This document shows positions 58,720 through 64,000 of a DNA stretch of 64,000 bases, one piece after another; the first letter of the stretch is position 1, and each line of letters starts with the position of its first letter. Origin of the DNA: Eledone cirrhosa (Eukaryota); contig OZ024743.1 in NCBI GenBank assembly GCA_964016885.1, positions 341,868,001 through 341,932,000 of the forward strand. The letters are read 5' to 3'. A program made the translations under genes and the position numbers. The notes beneath the pieces were generated by a model. It ran no database searches. It was given only the letters and a program-made list of their open reading frames with translations, and was not told where the DNA came from.

Positions 58720-59515
58720 GAAAACCCACTGTACTAATAGGAAATGTATTATATGTAAAGTAAACCCCCGGATAAACTGTAAAACTAGAAATGTAGTCTA
58801 TAGCATAAGATGTACAGAGGGTACTTGCAGAAACATGACAGCAACATACATAGGCGAGAAAGCTCGTAGCATAGGTGAAAGGATAGACCAACACTGGGGG
58901 GAACTAAAAGGACGGAAAAACGGTTCAGTACTATACGAACATACCAGACAACAACACGACGGTAACATATACAACATAGAAATGAGAATAATATCTAAAC
59001 ATAGAAATGACCCAGCAGATAGGCAAATCAGAGAGGCCAGCGAAATAGAATTTAGAAGGCCAAGGCTAAACAGAAAAAATGAATGGAATAACAACAACAC
59101 CCAAACAAACAATACTGACCTAAGAGAAGTATAAATAAATAAATAAATAAATAAACAGACTACATAAAGATGGCGTAGGCAAACAATACAACAGAGGGAA
59201 ACATAATAGCGCCACTGATGATATTGCAGATGTGCAACGAAAGAACTTTGTTAGACTATATATATGTGTTTATTTCTATATTAAATCTGTATGTTTGACC
59301 GTTGGTCAGTCAATGGTAACATTGAGGACCGAATAAATTAAATTAACCGATATAAAAGACACAGAAGCGAAAACCAACCAAACAGTGAGTGTGTTCTGTT
59401 ATGAATTCTGACAATATTATTACACAAATATGACCCTCCCCAAGTATAACAATATTTGTTTCGACACACGATTTCATATCAAAAACCTTGCAAAACTAAT
59501 TCATCGCCGTTATAT
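58720..59515 (+). mobile_element. PLE 3' end (Naiad-like GIY-YIG) plus pLTR with HHR at 59206-59259
   Basis: CKTRNVVYSIRC..YIGE..R..H..RQIREA..LNRKNEW; ctgatga-ttgca/tgcaa-gaaa. Confidence 0.82.
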
Positions 59516-59536
59516 ATACAGACATACATATATACT

Positions 59537-59579
<43 letters not shown>

Positions 59580-59599
59580 GCTACTGTAATATCTTCAAA

Positions 59600-62500
59600 T
59601 AACCAAAGGCTCACTCACATAAGAAAAAGTATATACTTATATCTAAAAACACACACAAAAAAAAAAAACATGACTACTAACCAGCAGGCCTACAACGGAC
59701 GAAAGTACTCTGATAATGGAATTGACTTCTTAATAAACACATGCTTTTCTCTGCCGCAAGCAATAAACATTAACGCTTCGTGTCTGAATGAGATTGCTGA
59801 ATAAAATCAGCTCAAACATTCACCACGAGGTCTGTTAAGCAGATAGACAACAAACGAAAACAAGCCGAAGTCTCTTTCAAAATAATTCAAAACGATTTTG
59901 AAAGACTTCGACATATTTACTCTAATGGTCAAACACAACAATAAGTACAACAACAGAGAGAAAATCAGGAGCCACCACCATCACCACCACCACGGAATTA
60001 AAGCATAATAGCTGAGTTACTGAACGACAATATCTCTCCACCACTCTCAGAGTCATCATTGTCGTCATCATCATCACCACCGCTACCATCTTCTGGAGCA
60101 TCAACTCCTAGTAATGGACCACTGCTTTCTCTCCCACCAATCTGACAGATTCCACCACAGTTATTACCATCATCATCAACATCATCATCGTCGTCACCAC
60201 CACTGCCGCTATCGTATTCTACCATGTCAACTACTAGCAATAAAAAAAAACGCTGCTTTCTTCCCCCACATCACCACCATAGCCATGCTGTAGTCAAGAG
60301 AACCTTTTAAAGAAATTCTATAAAGCTGTATGCACCCCCCCCCCCCAGTAAACAAACTAGAAACCCCAAAATATGCCGCTACTCACTACGTCGGAAACTA
60401 TGCACACGTAGCGACTGCATATTTACCCATTTACCTGGTACTAGACGTACTAACACTACCAGCCAACGCCAAAGCACGCTGCCCACACGCACAAGTCGGA
60501 GTCCCAAAATCTGCCGACATTCCCAACGCGAGAGACCATGTCTGCACACATGTTCCTGGGACACGACGCACGAACATTAAAGCCATCTCCTGCTGCAGTA
60601 ATGCTGCTCCAATCTTTTACAAAGACACAAACAACATCAAATACAACAACGACAAGAACAACAACAACAAAAGCAACAACAACAAAACAGGGAACTACAA
60701 CCCTATCCAACGGTGTAACCACAATTCCCGTCAAAAGCTGCTCCCTGAACAAGAAAATTTATCATTTTTAGCCATGAACCTGGCAAAAGAGGTACAGAAA
60801 AACATTTTAGCCATCACCCAACAACATCCTTGCTGTCACTAACACACAATCTCAAAACAAGCCCCCTGCAACAATCAAAACCATCCATGACACTAGCCTC
60901 CACATTCTTACTCAATACACAAGGTATAAGCCCATCCATCAATGCACAGAAAGGAAAGATCCAATTCATTGAGGATTGGGTTGGTAACCATCCATTTCAC
61001 AGTCACTTCTTCATTCTTACTGAGACCAACCTTGACAACTCCCACTTGGTGGCCGAAGTAAGAGTGAGAAATTTCACAACCCTCCGTGCGGATCGTGCTG
61101 ACAGAAGGAAGGGTGGAAGTGACATTTTCCTGCATGATTACTTTACAGCAGATGGTAATACAACATTCGCCAATGGCTACTGTGAATCAGTCACTGTGCA
61201 CAACAAAGCCAATGACCTGATATTAGTTGGGCTCTATAGGCCACACCAAACACCCATAATCCACTTCAAAGAATGCCTCAACAGCATTAAGTGCTTTATT
61301 CAACAGTGCCATTCTAGTAACATACTTTTGATGGGTGACATTAATTTACCTGTGTCGATTGGTCTACAAACAGTTTGAAACCAGGCACTCTAACCTCAAC
61401 CACTGACAAAGAAGCAGTCAAGTCCCTTCTCGACTTTATGAATGAGTTTTTTTGTCCCAACTTGTCCTTTCACCCACAAGGAATCAGAAGAACATTCTGG
61501 ACCTAGTGTTTAGTAACCACACAAACACTATGCATAATATTACAGTAGAAAAAAACCCTTCTCTCAGACTATAACATGGTTCTTTGTAACCTGAGATTCC
61601 ACCAGCAGAAAGCTAATCCTAGGAACCTCTTTCTAGCCCACCCATTTGATAACATGGATCTCGATAATATCATCAAGGTATTGAGAGGGTGGTGAGATCA
61701 CGAATAACCCACTTTCTCAAAAGCAACGGCCTGCTGAACTCCAACCAACATGGGTTCCGTAATGGAATGGACTGTCTAACACAGCTCCTGCTTCACTTTG
61801 GCGATGTTTCGAGAGCCTTGGGAGAGGGCTCCAACACTGATGTCATCTACCTTGATTTCAGCAAGGCCTTTCTTTGAAAGGGTTGATCATAAGATTCTAC
61901 TGAAAAAACTATCCAATATTGGTGCCTCTGGAAAGTTACTACAGTGAATCAAATGTTTCCTGACAGACAGAACCCAACATGTAGTCGAAGGAGTAAAATC
62001 TAGCCCAGCCAAAGTCAGGAGTGGCGTCACAAGGCACTGTGTTGGGCCCACTACTTTTCATCTTCTACATTAATGACATTACTGACATCATCAAGCACAG
62101 CAACATAAGAATCTTTGCAGATGATTCCAGGCTCCAAAGGGTCATAAATAACGTAGGTGACCGGACTTGCCTTCAGTGAGACCAACTGGCTGTTATCCAA
62201 TGGGCAGAAAAGAACAATATGCTGTTGAATGAGGATAAGATTGAGTTAATCCACTTTGGAGAAATGATGACCTGAAACTACCATACGCTCTTCATTCAGG
62301 TGAAACTCTCGTGGCATGCAACAACATCAGAGACCTGGGAGCAATTGTACGCATAAGCTGGGCCACTCATAAAAACAGCAAAGTTCACATGGCCCGCAGA
62401 ATGTGTTCCTGGATTCTCAGAACCTTCGAGTCGAGAGATATCCACACTGTTATCTCCACTTTTGCCCGACCCAATCTTGAATATTGTTGTTCACTGTGGT

Positions 62501-63045
62501 GTCACCACACGAGACAAAGTGTCATGAGAGTTGAAGCACCTCAAAAATCAACTACAAAAAGATACGTGGCATGACAGGCCTTGACTATTGGAGTCGATTA
62601 GAAAAGCTCAACCTTTATTCTTTCCAACGTCGCCGTGAGCGCTACATTATCTGCATGATGTGGAAAATATTCCATCAGCTTTGCTCAAATGATGTTCGCA
62701 TCACTTTAATTTACACCCAAGGCTTGGGCCCCGTGCTATCCGCTCATGAGTAAAGTCTCACTCGCATCTCATAACAACAATACGGCACAATTATTTCACC
62801 TCAATTGGCCCCGCTCTTACAGCAAAACACATTAAAACAGAAACAGACCCCATCAAGTTCATGAAGTCTTTGGACAGATTCCTTCAAGAAATCCCGGATA
62901 AGCCTCTTACACCCGGATATGCCTCAGTAAACAATAACTCTCTAATTGAGTGTAGACATTGTACCCAAATCCTGGCTTGAAAGACTTCGCCAACTAGTGC
63001 TATTAAGTTAGACATGGCCTGGGCCGAAACCTATCAAAATTAAGT
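59600..63045 (+). mobile_element. CR1-group LINE, decayed, internally deleted (ORF1 CCCH-like repeats, APE, RT)
   Basis: ILTET..DR..KGG..LYRP..MGDINLP; QHGFR..YLDFSKAF; GTVLGPLLF..INDI; FADD. Confidence 0.92.
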
Positions 63046-63130
<85 letters not shown>

Positions 63131-63132
63131 AT

Positions 63133-64000
63133 ATCAGGTGTAATGACTTGGGCTTTGGTGTTGGTGTAGAGCAGTGATATCAGGTCCACTATCTTCTTGG
63201 GGATTCCATAAGCCTGTAAGATCTTCATCAGGCAGTGACAGAATCCAAAGGCCTTCCTAGAGTCAATGAAAACTATTACCGCAGGAAGGCACTTTGCTCT
63301 AGCTCCCTCTAATATCCTACTCAGCATCAGGATGTGACGTCAGTGAGATCCCCCTGTAGTTGTTGATATTAGAGATCTCCGTTCTTTGGCACTGGGACGA
63401 TGTTACTGATCCCCTACTGATTCGGAGCAACTCCTTTCTCCAGTGCCTGGTTACAGAACCCCTGGATGATATCATCAAAATCACACCTCTTCATCACCTC
63501 TGATGCCACTCCATCATCTCCATGAGCCTTGTCCTCCTTGATCTTCTTTTTGGCTCTCTGAAGCTCCTCTATGGTGAAGGGCTCTGTCTCAATATTCAGT
63601 TCTTCAAACAGCCGCCTGATCTCCCCAGTGCTCTGGGCTGTGGCGGGCGGCTCTCCTCGTAGAGTCCTAAAATGGTCTAGCCATTTCCTCTTCCCAACCT
63701 CGGGCCCTCTTCCCTGAATCTGACTCGAGCACCATCTCTTCCTCCCTGTGATCCGTATGTGATCATCCAGCTCTCCTTACATCCAGACCTGTCAACCGCT
63801 CTCTCCACACTTCTGATCTTCTCTATCAGTGCCTCCTCTCTGGCCTCAGTGTAAGCGGTACAGAGTTATTCCCTCATCACCTCCACAGTCTCCATCCCCT
63901 CCTCCATAGGATCAGCACAGAATTGGTCCTTGGCAGCTTTCAGGTGTTCTCTGGCTGCACACACTTTTGGGTCTGCAGAGCTGACATGCTTCCTTTTGTT
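63133..64000 (-). mobile_element. RTE-like LINE RT fragment
   Basis: RILEG..VFIDSRKAF..KILQAYGIPKKIV. Confidence 0.85.

Noticed and set aside
63005-63040. ggcctgggccgaaac at the CR1 3' end
   Set aside because: Lacks CUGANGA; probably a LINE 3' stem-loop

Overview
AT-rich eukaryotic, repeat-saturated DNA. The microsatellites and tRNA-SINE families look cephalopod/octopus-like (inference). No intact host gene is supported; most listed ORFs are translations of (TA)n/(CA)n tracts. The window contains five decayed Penelope-like elements (PLEs; RT and/or GIY-YIG), CR1-, RTE- and R4-type LINE remnants, two tRNA-SINE families, a hAT/Buster remnant, a Tc1-type MITE and a Helitron-like end. The main hidden signal is roughly 40 hammerhead-ribozyme (HHR) motifs found by eye on both strands, in more than a dozen sequence families. 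Many have self-complementary stem III, very long stem II or non-canonical cores (A4, G4, U3:A8). They lie in PLE pLTRs and in non-coding, terminally redundant 320-620 nt units or head-to-head inverted repeats (arms up to 2 kb), nearly all bordered by (TA)n. This suggests a diverse retrozyme-like, PLE-mobilised ribozyme system. Structures were folded manually and cleavage activity is untested.
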